Below are positions 1 to 15,950 of a stretch of DNA of 64,000 nucleotides, piece after piece. This DNA is from the human T2T-CHM13v2.0 reference genome, Homo sapiens: NCBI RefSeq assembly GCF_009914755.1, contig NC_060932.1. One strand, 5' to 3'. Position 1 is the stretch's first letter, and each line of letters begins with the position of its first letter. Both the position numbers and the translations under genes were made by a program. The notes below the pieces were generated by a model that was not told the origin of the DNA, made no database searches, and saw only the letters and a list, made by a program, of their open reading frames with translations.

Positions 1-269
1 TCACAGTTTTTAATGTGATTTTTAAAAATAATATAAGGTGAGTGAAATTTTCAAAGTGAGAAGCAAATATTTCAAAACGTGGTACTTATAGGTAATAATG
101 ATAACCCTGGATTAAAATCATGCCCATTTTTTCTGTGTGTGTCCTTCAAGAAGTATGGTGGAAAAAACATACATGAAACACTTACGTAACACTTATATAG
201 TATCCTGGAATGGAAATTGGCAGTCCTTAGCAATACAACTGAAATGAGTTGTAATTTGTTCACATGTCA

Positions 270-575
<306 letters not shown>

Positions 576-1667
576 TTAACTTCGCAAACTTAGTATGCAA
601 AAGCTAGGGGCTTAACGTGTAGACCATCCCTGTGCATTCTTGAAAAATGCATTGTAAGAAAAAGAAAAGTAGGCTGCTGACTTGTTTTCATAAAGTATTT
701 GTTCAGCTATGTATAAACAGTTCCAAGATCAAGGAGGGGAAATTATTAAATACACTGAGCTATTACACTACCCTCCACAATATGACATAACCTAAACAAA
801 TACAAAAGTGTAGCGCAAATATATAAATATTACATGTTAATAGGTAATATTTATACAGTAACAAAGAATCCCTCCAAATGTGCTGTCTCCATGCATTTAA
901 AAACCCATGGCCATCTGGGAAAGCTTATTTCTTTTATTATTTATGAAATTAAAGCAATCTTTTAGTTTTCTTTTAGGCTTGGAAGAGATGTACTACTGCT
1001 AATTTGTCAATGACTACATATTATTTATGCATGTGAAGACTAAGGAAAAGAAAAGAAATTGTTAAAGAAGAAAACAGGCATTTGGCAGGAGGACCAATTC
1101 TCAAACTAAAAGAACCAGACCTGCCCCCTGAAATACCTCAGGAAAAATGAGATCTTAGATAAATGCAGCAATGAGAACTTCCCTTTCAGAGTGTAAAATG
1201 AATTAACTGTCCTACAAGTGGATTTTCCATTTTGTTCAGAAAATTCTGCTTTCAACCTTTCCTGATGCATTAAGCATCTTAACTCTTAATATTTATTCTC
1301 ATCTACTTTTACCAAGTTTCTTCTTTAATCAGCTACTAGGAAAGGGCTTCAAAAATCAAAACACACTTCCCCCTCGTTTTCTACTTTTGAAACCCCTCAG
1401 AAAAAGTATGAACAATCTTAGGAATAAACTCAGTGAGAACTGACAGTTTCTTAGAAAATGGATATTTTAGATCATGGCAAAGTTTTTGGCTTGAGATTTT
1501 AGGACTCACCATGAAAGTTGATCTTTTTATTGTAATCTTGTTATAGTTAAAAAAAATAAAATTTAAAAACCTAGATCATGAGACAGGAAATTAAAGTAAA
1601 CTTGTAACAAAGCTATACTTATACATAAAGTTACCTTCAATAGCTTAATGTATGAATAAAATACTAG

Positions 1668-1730
1668 CTATATATAACTATATATAAACTATATATAACT
1701 ACATAGATATATATAATATATATATATAAA
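1668..1730. repeat. AT-rich simple repeat (TATATAAC)n/(TA)n
   Basis: Direct reading of the sequence. Confidence 0.85.
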
Positions 1731-1897
1731 CCTACTTTAAAATAAAATATGTTCCCTACTGAAAGCCAAGTATTCCTCCTTGAAGTAAAATTTCATTTCT
1801 AAGGGAAGATGTACTTTACTACAAATTTCACAAATAGTTTTGTGGTACACTAAAATAACAAACACATTAAGATGATATTAATAAAATCCCAATATCC

Positions 1898-2202
<305 letters not shown>

Positions 2203-2847
2203 CCAAAATCCATTTTTAAAGATAATTCCTTTCCAGTTATCTAGCAACTTTGTAAACTAGAATAATTTAATTTAGCCTTGCAATGTAATAAAAAAACTTT
2301 GGGCTTGAACATCATAATATAAGTATTTTCTCTGGCAAAGGTGGGAAAATTCACATTTTCCATGGAAAACTGAGGAAATATCATTAATTAAAAGCAAATT
2401 CCACTCCAAAGTCAGTATATTGAGCATAGAAGGTTCACATGTTCCTTTTGCAGTCTTTCAGCTTTGTGGTTCTGACCACAATCAATGATCACAAACATAT
2501 GAATAACTCACTGCCTCGCAGTACAAAACTGAGTCTTGGTTCTCATAAACTAATATAAGACCTGACTGAACATAAAAATATTTGAGTGGATTCTTCAAAA
2601 TCCATTCAATTTGGAGGACGTTAAAATATAAGAGCATTTAAATATATTTATCTAGAGTTTTTAAAACATACATTCAGAATGAACTATTATCAAAGTGAAT
2701 TTATATTTCCCAGAATTTTAAAAATATTATTTTGGCAATTATAGTTACTGATGAGAAGAAATTAGACCCACAAAGAGGCGATTCTACAAATAGCATTTTT
2801 CTTCTCTTATTTCCTATCCCAGATCCTTAGGAGTTGAACTACCTTCA

Positions 2848-3193
<346 letters not shown>

Positions 3194-3589
3194 CTATAAA
3201 TTCAAAAAGAAAATAATAAAATAAATAATAAAATAAATAGCATTGTATTCATCTTGCAATCCCAATATAAGTATATAATTACAAAAACATTCAGTTAAAC
3301 ATTTGTGTTTATTTTTATAACTTATATTCCTATTTTCAATCTATAAATTTAACTCAGTGATATATATACACATATACGTTTGCGTATATATATATATGTT
3401 GTATTTATAAATGTTTTGAGAACAAGATAGTATCTCAGCTAAACTTTGTAAATCACCTTGAGTGTTGAATATTTTCATTAATAATAGCTTTTGTGAACTT
3501 GTTATTTTGAAATTCAAAAATAGCTGATCCATGTCTTCACATCTCTTCTTCAAACATAAATGTCTAGCTTTCTTTCATAAGTTAAATAA

Positions 3590-3751
<162 letters not shown>

Positions 3752-3889
3752 TAAAAATTATGCACACCTAACAAATTGATAATTGAATAACCCATTCAAT
3801 TAATACATTATTATTATCTTATAAAAACCTATGAGCTTTGTGACCATAGTGTTAGTAAGGCTGAGCTAGCAAAGGAACAGACAAAGCCA

Positions 3890-4095
3890 GGATGAAAGCC
3901 CAGAGCTACCCTTGGTTCAAATACAGGCTTTCACCATGTACTAGCTGGGAGCTTAGGAAGTTAACCCCCGGAGTCTCAATTTCTTCACCTGTAAAATACA
4001 ATACTATCTACTTCACAAGGCTTATAATGGCGAATAAATGAAACATTATATATAAATTGCCTGTTACATAGAAAGCACTTAATCAACGTTAATTT
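3890..4095 (+). mobile_element. MIR
   Basis: MIR core gtctcaatttcttcacctgtaaaat. Confidence 0.7.
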
Positions 4096-4770
4096 CTTCT
4101 CTTTTTCTGACTGCAGCTCTATACCCAAAGGAGGAGATTTTTAATAGTATCTGTTTCCCTGATCTGCTATTAGTGCTGGAAATGGAGGAATGGCCTTTTA
4201 AGTAAAATAGGAAGCAAAACAGTAGAATTTCACAAATTAAAAGCACAAAAATAAGAATTAAAATTCCACAATGCTTTTGTAATGTCACCAAGTTACTGGT
4301 TAATCTTCAAAGGAGAAAAAATGAATTTCTATTGGTGTCGAATTAAAACACTTGGAATCATACCTTCTGTAGGGATTGGTTACTAAAGTAAGACATGTGT
4401 CAGAAATAGGACCTAAGTATAGAAATACACTTATTCAGGGAATGGTGGAAGGAACTGCCTATATGATTTTACATGGTTATTTTGTCATTCAGCCCAAAGG
4501 TTGAATTAATGTAAGTTAACTGTGAATATACTAGTTCCACTAAAGAAGTAATTTTGTAACATCTTCCAGATTTTGCTTTGAGACCTAGCTGCTATGAATG
4601 GTGGAGGCAAGTACAGCACAGGGTTGGTTTTACACAGATCATTCTAGCCTGAGCCCAGAAACTGAGAATGCACGAATGAGAAACTCAAGGGCACTCTAGC
4701 CCTCTTGCTCTTGGAGCCAAAAATACTTCATAATAGAACCTCTTCTCTACATGAAAGAGTTATTCCTTTA

Positions 4771-5076
<306 letters not shown>

Positions 5077-5149
5077 TCAGAAAGGGGAAAAAAAAATCAC
5101 CAAATCTTGCTTTCCTAATAAACCATTGGAAAAGGAAATCTTGGAACAA

Positions 5150-5350
5150 GGTGATATCTGGTTTCCCATTCTGCTCTGCCATCTTTCACTAGCTTTATGA
5201 CCTTGGGCAAGTCTTCCTCCCCGCCATGTGGCACCCTGCAAATGATAATGCAATCATCTATCTTTCAGGGATATTTCAGGTTAGTTTGGGGTGGGGTGAT
5301 ATCTTTCAGGTTAGATTGTGGAGTGATAAGAAATATAAAGAACTGGCATA
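5150..5350 (+). mobile_element. MIR
   Basis: ctagctttatgaccttgggcaagtc core. Confidence 0.6.
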
Positions 5351-6599
5351 AATAACCTCTCAGGAATCTTGCTATCTTTTTTTAGACAAATAGTTTGCTT
5401 AGTACTGACACACATCTTTTTTAAAGAATCCTGTCTTTTATCTCATTAAAAATTACAGTGTATTAAGGCTCACAGATTACTAAAGTATAAAGCAAGGCCT
5501 CTGAATTTTTTCTTTGTTAATGAAGAAGAAAATTGTCTTGCTTTTCTATAATTTTAAAACACTAGTAAGAGAGAAAGGAGGTTTAAAAAGGCAGAGATTG
5601 GCTAATGGCTATGCTTCCGTGGTCCTCCTCCCAAGTAGGAGGGAAGATGGGTGTGCAGAGGTCAGTCTGTCCAACAGTGGAAACTGCCCCGGAGTCCCAG
5701 AGTCAGGTCTTGGAAATGACTGGTCAAGGATCCTGGCCAGTATTGGGAAGGGGTAAAGGCCCATACCATGGATTGTGAAGCTAGGGTACACAGACATTTT
5801 TTCTCAAAATTTCTGACCCAAGCAATAGTAGCAGCCAAGCCAATTTTTTACACTCCCTGAGAATGCTGTGCTAGCAGCATGCAGTGTCTACTGGAGAACT
5901 AGGAAAGTGAGCCCCACCACCTAGTGGACACAATCACTATAGCATAATCTTTCACTCAGGAGAGTTTGAGATGTTTTAGTGCCCTGTAATGACCAGCCTG
6001 GAGAATTTCCAAGGTGGAACTTTCTCTGGCAGAATTCTTGGGCCCTGCCAAATGGCCCCACAGCACTACCAGGGTGTGTTAGGATTTCTGTTCTTTTAAT
6101 GGATCATGCTAAAAAGTGGCCAGATCTAGATAAGCAACAAATCTTTACAAGTTTCAGCATGGATATCTAAGTTTATATTTATTTTCTGGCCTTGTAAGTC
6201 TGTGTCATTGTGAAAGAGAAGATTGTTTCCAACATCCTAGCAGGAGCCCATAACTGCCAGACGGCAGGATCTCCACACACACCTCTGCACTAGCTGGGAG
6301 GACCTGCTCATAGTGCTCCTTCAGGAAAAATTCAGATCTACTGAGGTTGTTCATCATTAAGAAGAAGCAAGAAATACCAACATCTGTGTATATATAAGCA
6401 AATATATTTCAAAATCTATTTCTTATTAATCATAGTATATTTCACTGGTCTCTAGGAAATGCCTCCTAGAAGAAAGGTCTAAATCTCTAGCGACCCTTTA
6501 CTAAAATAGGGAGGAGCAGGGTTTCTTTTCACCACACTGAGAGCAAGTGCCCCTGACATGACTGAAAACAGATCAGAAGAACTCAAACTTCAGAGACTA

Positions 6600-6956
<357 letters not shown>

Positions 6957-8429
6957 CTAGGTTTATCTAAGGGAGCTACAGTGTGACTTTCTATGACATT
7001 TGTCTAAACACTACATTTAATATAAGAAAAATGGTAATATAAATTGATTGCTTAGATAAAACTGACTCTTTAGAAATGGCATGATAAAAACTCATTTTTC
7101 AAAGAAATAGGTGAGATTATCTACCACAGAAGCCATGACAGACAAATAAATAATACCAAATAACCCTTAGCTAAACTCATTCCCCCCAAAATAAATAGGC
7201 CTTGAAACTATTCTTACATTTAAATTATTTCCTATTTTTCTGTCATTATTTTTATCATCCTATAAACCATTTTGACACAAGTGGCATTTATTTCACACTA
7301 CACTTTATAAGGCTCTGACTACATAATTATAATTACTTGAATTATAATACATTTGAGTAACTGTATATTCCTTTGTATATTTTTGAGTATATCCCTCTGT
7401 GAATTTACTGCAGAAAACCTCTGAAAAATGATCTCTTCACTACTCACTCCTAAAATATTTAATCAACAAAGTCCCTTCTCATTCTGCTTTAACTGATTTA
7501 AGAAAAAATAAGGGAAAACAACCAAATCATCAACATTTTAAGGCAATTACTGAAATAACTGGGTTAAAAATAAATCTCTTTATAAGTGACAGGACAAAAA
7601 GATACAGAGGAAGATCTCCACCTCAAGTTAGGATGGGAAAGCTGTAAGAGACTGTTGAAGCTTTCACCCTAACAACCAAAATGAGCTGGATATACTGAAC
7701 AATCTTCATAGCTTTTTAAAACCGACTGGAATGTTGAGCATGTAAAGCAACCTAAATGAACATGATTGCAAAAAGGAAAGAAGAGATCAACAGGTGAGTG
7801 GCAGGAGGAGGAGCAACCTATGATAGAAGTGAGTAAGGGCTGAAGAATGAAGAGAGATCTTCAGGGAAATGGAAAGCCAGAGTTGAGACTGGAGAGCAAA
7901 GAAAGCTCCCCAGAGATCCAAAAATGCTGTCGACTGAGGTGCAAAACAAGGGAAATCTCCCACAGTTCAGAAACCCGATGGCTCAGTTATAAAGCACAAA
8001 GATATCTCTAGAATCCTTCAAGTGCTGAGATCCCAAGTCCTGTGGAAGAGAAAGTCTTTATCACTCCCTCAATAGAGTTGTAGGCAGTGTTGGCTTAAAT
8101 TTAACCACAGGTGCAACAAAGTCTTAATGCAGCTCAGTGACAGATTTGATTGACAGAGCCTCCCTGTACAAGTAGCCTGACAGAATAAGAGGTGGCTTGA
8201 CCACTTCTGGAGGTAAATATTATTTAGTTCGGTCTCAACACTTCCTTTTTAACAAACTGCTCAATAAAAAAATTACAATACAATAAAATTATAATGCATA
8301 ACAAAGAAGCAAGAAAATATGACTCATGCTCAAGAGAGAAAAGACTCTATAGAAGGTGTGTCAGACATTGGATCAATCAGAGGAAGACTTTAAGATAACT
8401 ATAGTAAATATGATAAAGGATCAAGAACA

Positions 8430-8681
8430 GTCTAGGCATGTTGGCTCACACCTGTAATCCCAGCACTTTGAGAGGCCAAAGCAAGAGGATCACTTAAGCC
8501 CAAGAGTTTGAGACCAGCTGGGTAACATACTGAGATACCATCTCTACAAAAAATAAAAAATTAGCCAGGCATGGTGGCATGTGCCTGTGGTCCCAGCTAC
8601 TCAGGACGCTGAGGATCACTTGAGCCCGGGAGGATGGGGCTTCAGTCAGCCATGATTATGCCACTGCACTCCAGCCTGGGT
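8430..8681 (+). mobile_element. AluJ, 3'-truncated
   Basis: Alu left arm, linker and most of right arm. Confidence 0.88.
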
Positions 8682-9084
8682 GCAGTGGGTCAACAAGAAC
8701 AAAAGATGGACAACACATGTGAAAAGACAGAGTTTCAGCAGAGAAATAGAAACTATGAAAAAGAACCAAACGGAAATATAGGAATAAAAATGTTGATATC
8801 ACAAAGAACTAACTAAACAATCTTAACAACAGACTGGATGCAGTGGAGGAAAGGTCCAGTAAGGCTGAAAACAGGTCAATAAAAAGTGTCCTAACTAAAA
8901 CAAAACCAAAGGAGAAAAAAGAATGAAAAAAATATATAGGAGTGTGTATCTGAGATCTGAAGGAATATATTAAACATACTAACTTAAGTATAACTGATTA
9001 TAAAAGAAAAGACAGAAAATAGGACAGAGGAAATGGAGAAGAGAATGGCTGAGAACTGATGAAAGATATCAGTTCATAGATGCA

Positions 9085-9993
9085 TGTTATTCTGAAACTC
9101 TATGTGACATAATAAAAAAATATATCATTTGGTCTCTGCTCCCAGTTCGTGGCACAGAGCTCCTGAAACTTGTGTAATTTCCCGAGTGACAGAGGTGTTA
9201 GGTCCATCTTTTGTTCTAATATTTGGTCTTTGGTCCTGATTCCTGACATAGACCTCCTAATCTCTTGGAATTTCCTGAGTTACAGAAGCATCTTTTGCTC
9301 TAATGAGGCAACTGTGTATGGGATCCTGGATGGGTGCTGGTCACCAGAAGGACCAAGCCCTGATGAGAGGCTTAGAGCTTTTGGCCACACTCGCCCTTTT
9401 CAGCATAAGGTAGAGAGGCTGGAGACTGAGTTAATATTTGACTATGCCTATGTGACGAAACCTCCATAAATACCCCTAAACTATGAGGCTGGGATTGCTT
9501 CTGGGTTGCTGAAGACATCTATGTGCCAGGAGGGTGATGTACCCTCACTCCACAGGGACAGAAGCTCCTGCACTCAGGACCCTTCCTTCCAGATATCACC
9601 CTATGCATCTTCTCATCTGGCTGTTCATCTGTACCCTTTATCATGTCCTTTATTATCATAATAAACTGGTAAACATAAGTAAATATTTCCAAGTTCTGTG
9701 AGCCATTCTAGTGATCAAACCTAAGGAATGTGTTGTGGGAATCTCTGATTTATAGCTAGTTGGTCAGAGCACAGGTGACAACTTGGATTTGTGATTGGCA
9801 TCGGAGGTGAGGGGGGCAGCCTTGTTGGACTGAGCTCTTAACCTCTGGGGTCTGTGCTAACTCCAGGCAGACAATGAATCGAATTGTAGAATACCCAACT
9901 GGTGTCAGAGAACCCTTTGGTATAGGAAAAAGCCCCACAGCTGATCACTGAGGTGTTCTGTGTTGACAGCATAGTAGGAATTTCCCCATCATA
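9085..9993 (+). mobile_element. MER21-family solo LTR
   Basis: Duplicated ttggtctctg..cagagctcct..ggaatttcctgagt motif; AATAAA at ~9660. Confidence 0.7.
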
Positions 9994-10916
9994 CACTCTG
10001 AAACCCTCAAGCAGGATGAGCACAAGAAAACCACATCGTATATAGGGAACAGCAATTCAAATCATGGGGCTCTTCACCGGAAACAATGGAATGACAATCT
10101 TTAAAGGGGTAAGAAACCTGTCAACCTAGAATTCTATATCCAAAAACACCCTTCGAAAATGAAGGTAAAATAAATATCTTCTTCTTAGACAAAGCTGAGA
10201 GAATTAATCTCTAATGGATCAGCTTGTAATGAATGCCACAAAAAGTGTTTTAGACTAAGGAAAAATGATACCAGATGAAATACTAGATTTGCAGAAAGGA
10301 AACAAGACTAGAAATTATAAACATCTAAATATCTAAGTATTAAAAATATTTTTTAGTATTTTTAATTTCTATGCAAACACATATATGTATCTAAATTCTT
10401 TAAAAAGCTATTGATTTTTAAAGCACAAATAAGAATACTGTATTGTGGGTTTTATGGATTATGCATAAATTAGCCACAAGATAAGATCATAACAGGCAGG
10501 AGAGGCTAAATGGAAATACATTGGAGTAAGGTTCTTGTATTGGTGTAAAGTAGCATGAAATGATATTATCTGAAGGTACACTCTGGCACGAGGTACATAT
10601 TGTAATCTCTAGAATGACCACTAAAAATAACACAAAGTGCTACAGCTAAAAAGTCAATAGAGTAGATAAAATGGAGTACTGAAAAATACGAGAATTACCG
10701 AAAAGAAGGGAGAAAAGGAGGAGCAGAGGAACAAAAAAAAAATGAGACACCAAGAAATAAATACAGAAACAATGTGTGCCACATAATGATGTTTTGGTCA
10801 ATGACACTGTATATAATAGTGGTCTCATAAAATTATAATACCTTATTTTTACTCTACCTTTTCTATAAGTAGATACATAAATACTATTATATTATAATTG
10901 CCTATAGCATTTAGTA

Positions 10917-11149
10917 CAAGTTGAGTATTCCTTATTCAAAACACTTGGGAGCAAAAGTGTTTCGGATTTTGGATTTTTGAATGTTTGTATCATATCGGTG
11001 TGCCTCCCTAATCACAAAATCTGAAATCTGAACTGCTCCAATGAGCATTTCCTTTGACCATCATGTTGGCACTCAAAAATTTTTGAGTGCATTTCGGACT
11101 TTTGGAGCATTTCGGACTTAAAATGTTTGAATTAGGGACACTCAAGTGG
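10917..11149 (-). mobile_element. Tigger4a (MER46/Zombi) MITE
   Basis: Degenerate TIR caagttgagta...actcaagtgg flanked by TA duplication. Confidence 0.8.
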
Positions 11150-11304
11150 TACAGCAAAATGCTGTGCAGGTTTGTAACCTAGGAGCAATAGGCTATACTG
11201 TATAGTCTAAGTGTGTAGTCAGCTGTACCATTCAGGTTTGTGTAAGTGCACCCTATGATGTCCTCACAATGACCATTGCCTAACAACACGTTTCTCACAA
11301 CATA

Positions 11305-11959
11305 TGAGGTGGGAAATTAAAGAAAAATAAAATTAAAAAGAAAGAGAAATAAGTTTTCCTGTATTAGGCTGACTTGTCTCAGAGGCAGCAACAAGCACAG
11401 CCCAGACCTAGGAAAAGTCTTGATAATATTATCTAATGTGCTCTGAAGACTCTCCCAGCACTCCTTTAACATAGGGAGAAGAAAAACAAATTTTCCTTTG
11501 TTTTATGGAATGAGTTTACAGATTCCTCTTCTCTGTAACTAGTGACTTCAAGTATTGTTTTATCTAAGCAGTAGAGTGACGGTCATGAGCCTCTGAGCAG
11601 GCCTGAGTTACGGCCACCTGGGTGCCATAGTGAAGGTTATAGGATAAGCCTGTGCCTAGGCAAACCTAGATAATGGACATCTGGGTTGCATAGCAATGGT
11701 TATGTGCAATCCTGAGTTATGAACCTGTTACAATTTGATTATCGGTCGTTGTCCTGCCTCTGTATCCCTGCTTTCACACCACTGTAAGCTTGCTTCAAGC
11801 TGGCCCACCCCTTTGGAGAAGTGTGTATAAAAGTCAAGTGCTGTCTTTGTTCCAGGCCCAGTCATTTGGACGCTGAGTCAGCTGGGCCTGGTGCATTCAA
11901 TAAAAGATTCTCCTGTTTTAACCCAAGGTCCCTCTCTCGTCCTCCTGAATCCCACAACA
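11305..11959 (+). mobile_element. ERV1 solo LTR (LTR15-like)
   Basis: TG...CA ends, 4-bp TSD CATA, TATA-like gtataaaag at ~11824, AATAAA at ~11899. Confidence 0.8.
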
Positions 11960-14324
11960 CATATCCCTGTCATTAAGTGATGCATGACTATCCTAAGATA
12001 CTAGGCTTAAAACCAGCTAGTGTATAATTATATAATTATAAATTATCTAAACGTTCTTATTGAAAAGCAGAGATTGTCAGAATGCATAAAAAGCAAGACT
12101 CAACTATATATTTAAAGTATATATATTTTTTAAAACAGAATAAATACACAGGTTAGTAGTAAAAGGGCAAAAAAAGATGTATCATGCAATCACAACACAT
12201 AAGAAAACTGATGTGGTTACTTTAAAGGAAGACAAAGCAGGCTTCAAGAAAAAGACTATCACAAATGAAGAGGGACATTTCCTAATGATGAAAGAATCAA
12301 TTAATTAAGAAGACATTACGCATCTTAATGTATATGAATCTAATAACAGAGCTTCACAACACAAAATGCATAAATTGACAGAAATAAGAAAAGAAATAAA
12401 TCACCACTGACAATTTTAACATCCTTCTCTCAGTGACTGATAGCACAAGTCAACAAAAAAAATTAATGAAATATATTTGATCCAAATGACCATCAACCAG
12501 TTGGACCCATACGGCACTTATGGAATACTATTTTCAACAGCTGCAGAGCTCACATTCCTTTCAATGGCATGTGAAATGTTCACCAAGATAGGCCATATGC
12601 TGGGCCATAAAACAAATCTGAACAAATATCAAAAGACTGAAATCACATAGAACATATTCTCTGATCAGATATTAAATTATAAATCAGTACCTATAAAATA
12701 TCTACTAAAAATTTCCAAATATGTGGAAGTTAAACATACTTCTAAATTACCTATGGGCCAAAGGAGAAATGATGAAGAAAATTACAAAATATTTTTACAT
12801 TAATGGTAACAAAAAACATATCAAAATCTGCAGAATGTTGCAAAAGCAGTGCTTAAAGAGAAAATTATAAGTTTAAGTACTTCTATTACAAAGGAAGGAA
12901 TAAAACTGGTGACCTAGACTTTCTTCTTAGAAAGTTACAAGAATAAGTTTAAACCCAAAGCAAGCTGAAGGAAGGAAATCATAAAAGTAGACATCAACTA
13001 TAAGTAAAGTGAAAAAGCAGAAAAATATCAACAAAGTCAAAATGTGGTCATTTGAAAGATTAATAAAATTGGTAAGCCCTGGCAATACTGATTTTTTTTA
13101 AAAAGAGAAAACACAAAGTATCAGCATAATGAATGAAAGAAGGGTAGATACTACAGATGCTGCTGGCATTAAAAGGACATTAGCAACTTCATATCAATAC
13201 GTCTGACAATTTAGATGAAATGGACAATTTATTTGAAAAACACAAGTTACCAAAACAGGAACAGAAGAAACAGACAAATGCAACAGTCCTATGTCTAGTA
13301 AATAAATGGAATCCCAAAGGACACTTTAGACCTAGATGGCTTCATCAATAAATTCTATTAAAAATGTAAGGAAGAAATAACAACAATCCTACACAAACTT
13401 TTTCTGAAAACCGGAGATAAAGAAAACCTCCATACTATTATGAGGTCAGCATAACCTGTACCATACCTGACAAATACCTTACAAGAGAATTACAGAGCAA
13501 TATCCCTCATCAATATAGATATAAAAATACTAGCAAAGCAAATCCAGTAATATGTAAAAAAGATAAGATATCATGTTCCCAAATTAGATTTAGCCCATGA
13601 ATACAAGGTTGGTTTAACATTGAAAAAAATCAATCAATGTAATTCAAAACATTAACAGAATAAAGAAAAAAATATGATCATGTCAATGAATGCAGAAAAA
13701 ATATTTGACAAAATTCTACACCCATTATTGAAAAAACTCTCAGTAAACTAGGAACAGAAAGGAATATTTTCATTCTGTTAAAGGGCAGCTATGAAAAACC
13801 TACAGCTAACATCATCTTTGAATGATGAAACCTTAAGCCCTTTTCCTGTAAGATCAAGAATGAGGCAATAATGTTCATTTCCACCACATCTATTAATAAA
13901 ACTGTGCAATGAGGCAAGAAATAGAAAATAAAAGCCATACGGATTTCTGTGAAACTGTCATTATTCACAGATTAAATGATTATGTACATGAAAACTCCAT
14001 GGAATCTAGCAAAAAACACTCTAAGACTAATGAGTGAATTTAGAAGAGTCATAGTATACAAGGCCAATTAAAAAAAGAACTGTATTTCTATGTACCAGTA
14101 ACAAATAGTTGGAAAATAAATTTTCAATAGTATCAAACAATCAAATATCTAGGAATACGTCCAACAAAAGATGGCAGCATCTACATACTAAACAGAACAG
14201 GGATTCTGAGTGGGGCATGAAAGAGAAATCTGTACTATCTTTTGGTCTGTTCTTCTTAAATCTACAATCATTACAAAATAAAGTAATTTAAGGAAGACTT
14301 TTGGGGTAGAAAAGGGTAAATTTT

Positions 14325-15487
14325 TAATTCAGGATGGATTAAAGACTTAAATGTTAGACCTAAAACCATAAAAACCCTAGAAGAAAACCTAAGCAATATC
14401 ATTCAGGACATAGGCATGGGCAAGGACTTCATGACTAAAACACGAAAAGCAATGGCAACAATAGCCAAAATAGACAAATGGGATCTAATTAAACTAAAGA
14501 ACTTCTGCACAGCAAAAGAAACTACCATCAGAGTGAACAGGCAACCTACAGAATGGGAGAAAATTTCTGCAATCTACCCATCTGACAAAAGGCTAATATC
14601 CAGAATCTACAAAGAACTCAAACAAATTTACAAGAAAAAAACAAACAAACCCATCAAAAAGTGGGCAAAGGATATGAACAGACACTTATCAAAAGAAGAC
14701 ATCTATGCAGCCAACAGACACATGAAAAAATGCTCATCATCACTGGTCATCAGAGAAATGCAAATCAAAACCACAACAAGATACCATCTCATGCCAGTTA
14801 GAATGGCAATCATTAAAAAGTCAGGAAACAACAGATACTGGAGAGGATGTGGAGAAATAGGAACACTTTTACACTGTTGGTGGGAGTGTAAATTAGTTCA
14901 ACCATTGTGGAAGACAGTGTGGCGATTCCTCAAGGATCTAGAACTAGAATTACCATTTCACCCAGCAATCCCATTACTGGGTATATACCCAAAGGATTAT
15001 AAATCATGCTACTATAAAGACACATGCACATGTACGTTTATTGTGGCACTATTCACAATAGCAAAGACTTGGAACCAACCCAAATGTCCATCAATGATAG
15101 ACTGGATTAAGAAAATCTGGCACATATACTTCATGGGATACTATGCAGCCATAAAAAGGGATGAGTTCATGTCCTTTGCAGGGACATGGACGAAGCTGGA
15201 AACCATCATTCTCAGCAAACTATCGCAAGGACAGCAAGCCAAACACCACATGTCCTCACTCATAGGTGGGAACTGAACAATGAGATCACTTGGACACAGG
15301 GCGAGGAACATCACACACTGGGGCCTGTCGTGGGGTGGGGAGCCGGGGGAGGGATAGCATTAGGAGAAATATCTAATGTAAATGATGAGTTGACGGGTGC
15401 AGCAATCCAACATGGCACATGTATACCTATGTATCAAACCTGCACTTCTGCACATGTACCCTAGAACTTAAAGTATAATTTTTTTAA
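14325..15487 (+). mobile_element. L1PA (about PA5-6) 3' fragment with open ORF2 C-terminus
   Basis: ORF 14416..15276 is the L1 ORF2p C-terminal region ending SLIGGN; L1PA 3'UTR follows. Confidence 0.93.
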
Positions 15488-15499
15488 AAGAAGGGGAAA

Positions 15500-15950
15500 A
15501 TTTAATATGAAGCTATAGGATGATATTATGATTTTATATTTTTAATGATTTTATATTTTATTATGATTTTATTTTATTATATATGAGATATATTATGGAA
15601 TTATTGCTAATGGAATATGATAATGGTATCAAGGAATGGAGGATATCCTTCTAACAAGTACCTGCTGAAGTACTTATGGGAGAAGTGTTATGATACCTCA
15701 GAATTTAGTTTCAGATGGTTCAGAAAAAATATATACACATATATATATAATACAAACATACACATTTATACATACAAATAACACACACACACAGAGAGCA
15801 ACAATGTGAGTAGGAGCAGGCATGACTTAAAGAAAATTTGGCAAAATGTTAAATTAACATCTGGTGAATCATAGGGGATCTGCCTTCATTGTATTAGCGT
15901 TTCAACTTGTGACAGTTTAAAATTTTTCAAAATAAAAAGTATTAAAAATA
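15500..15950 (+). mobile_element. Old L1M 3' end fragment
   Basis: L1MC/ME-type 3'UTR motifs ending tttcaaaataaaaag. Confidence 0.55.

Larger units (their letters stand above)
10770..11989 (+). mobile_element. Tigger3a (MER7/Golem) MITE interrupted by two insertions
   Basis: Three collinear consensus pieces at 10770-10916, 11150-11304 and 11960-11989. Confidence 0.8.
7590..14290 (+). mobile_element. Old L1M element (5'UTR/ORF1/ORF2 remnants) split by nested insertions
   Basis: A-rich degenerate L1 ORF1 and ORF2 (endonuclease, RT) sequence; boundaries approximate. Confidence 0.75.

Noticed and set aside
72-263. gattttaatccaggg on the minus strand resembles the next NSMAF exon (DLSNPG)
   Set aside because: The translation does not continue as BEACH sequence and there is no proper acceptor; exon 14 lies outside the window
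14416-15276. Longest ORF in the window (286 aa)
   Set aside because: It is the L1 ORF2p C-terminus in a 5'-truncated, promoterless copy, not a host gene
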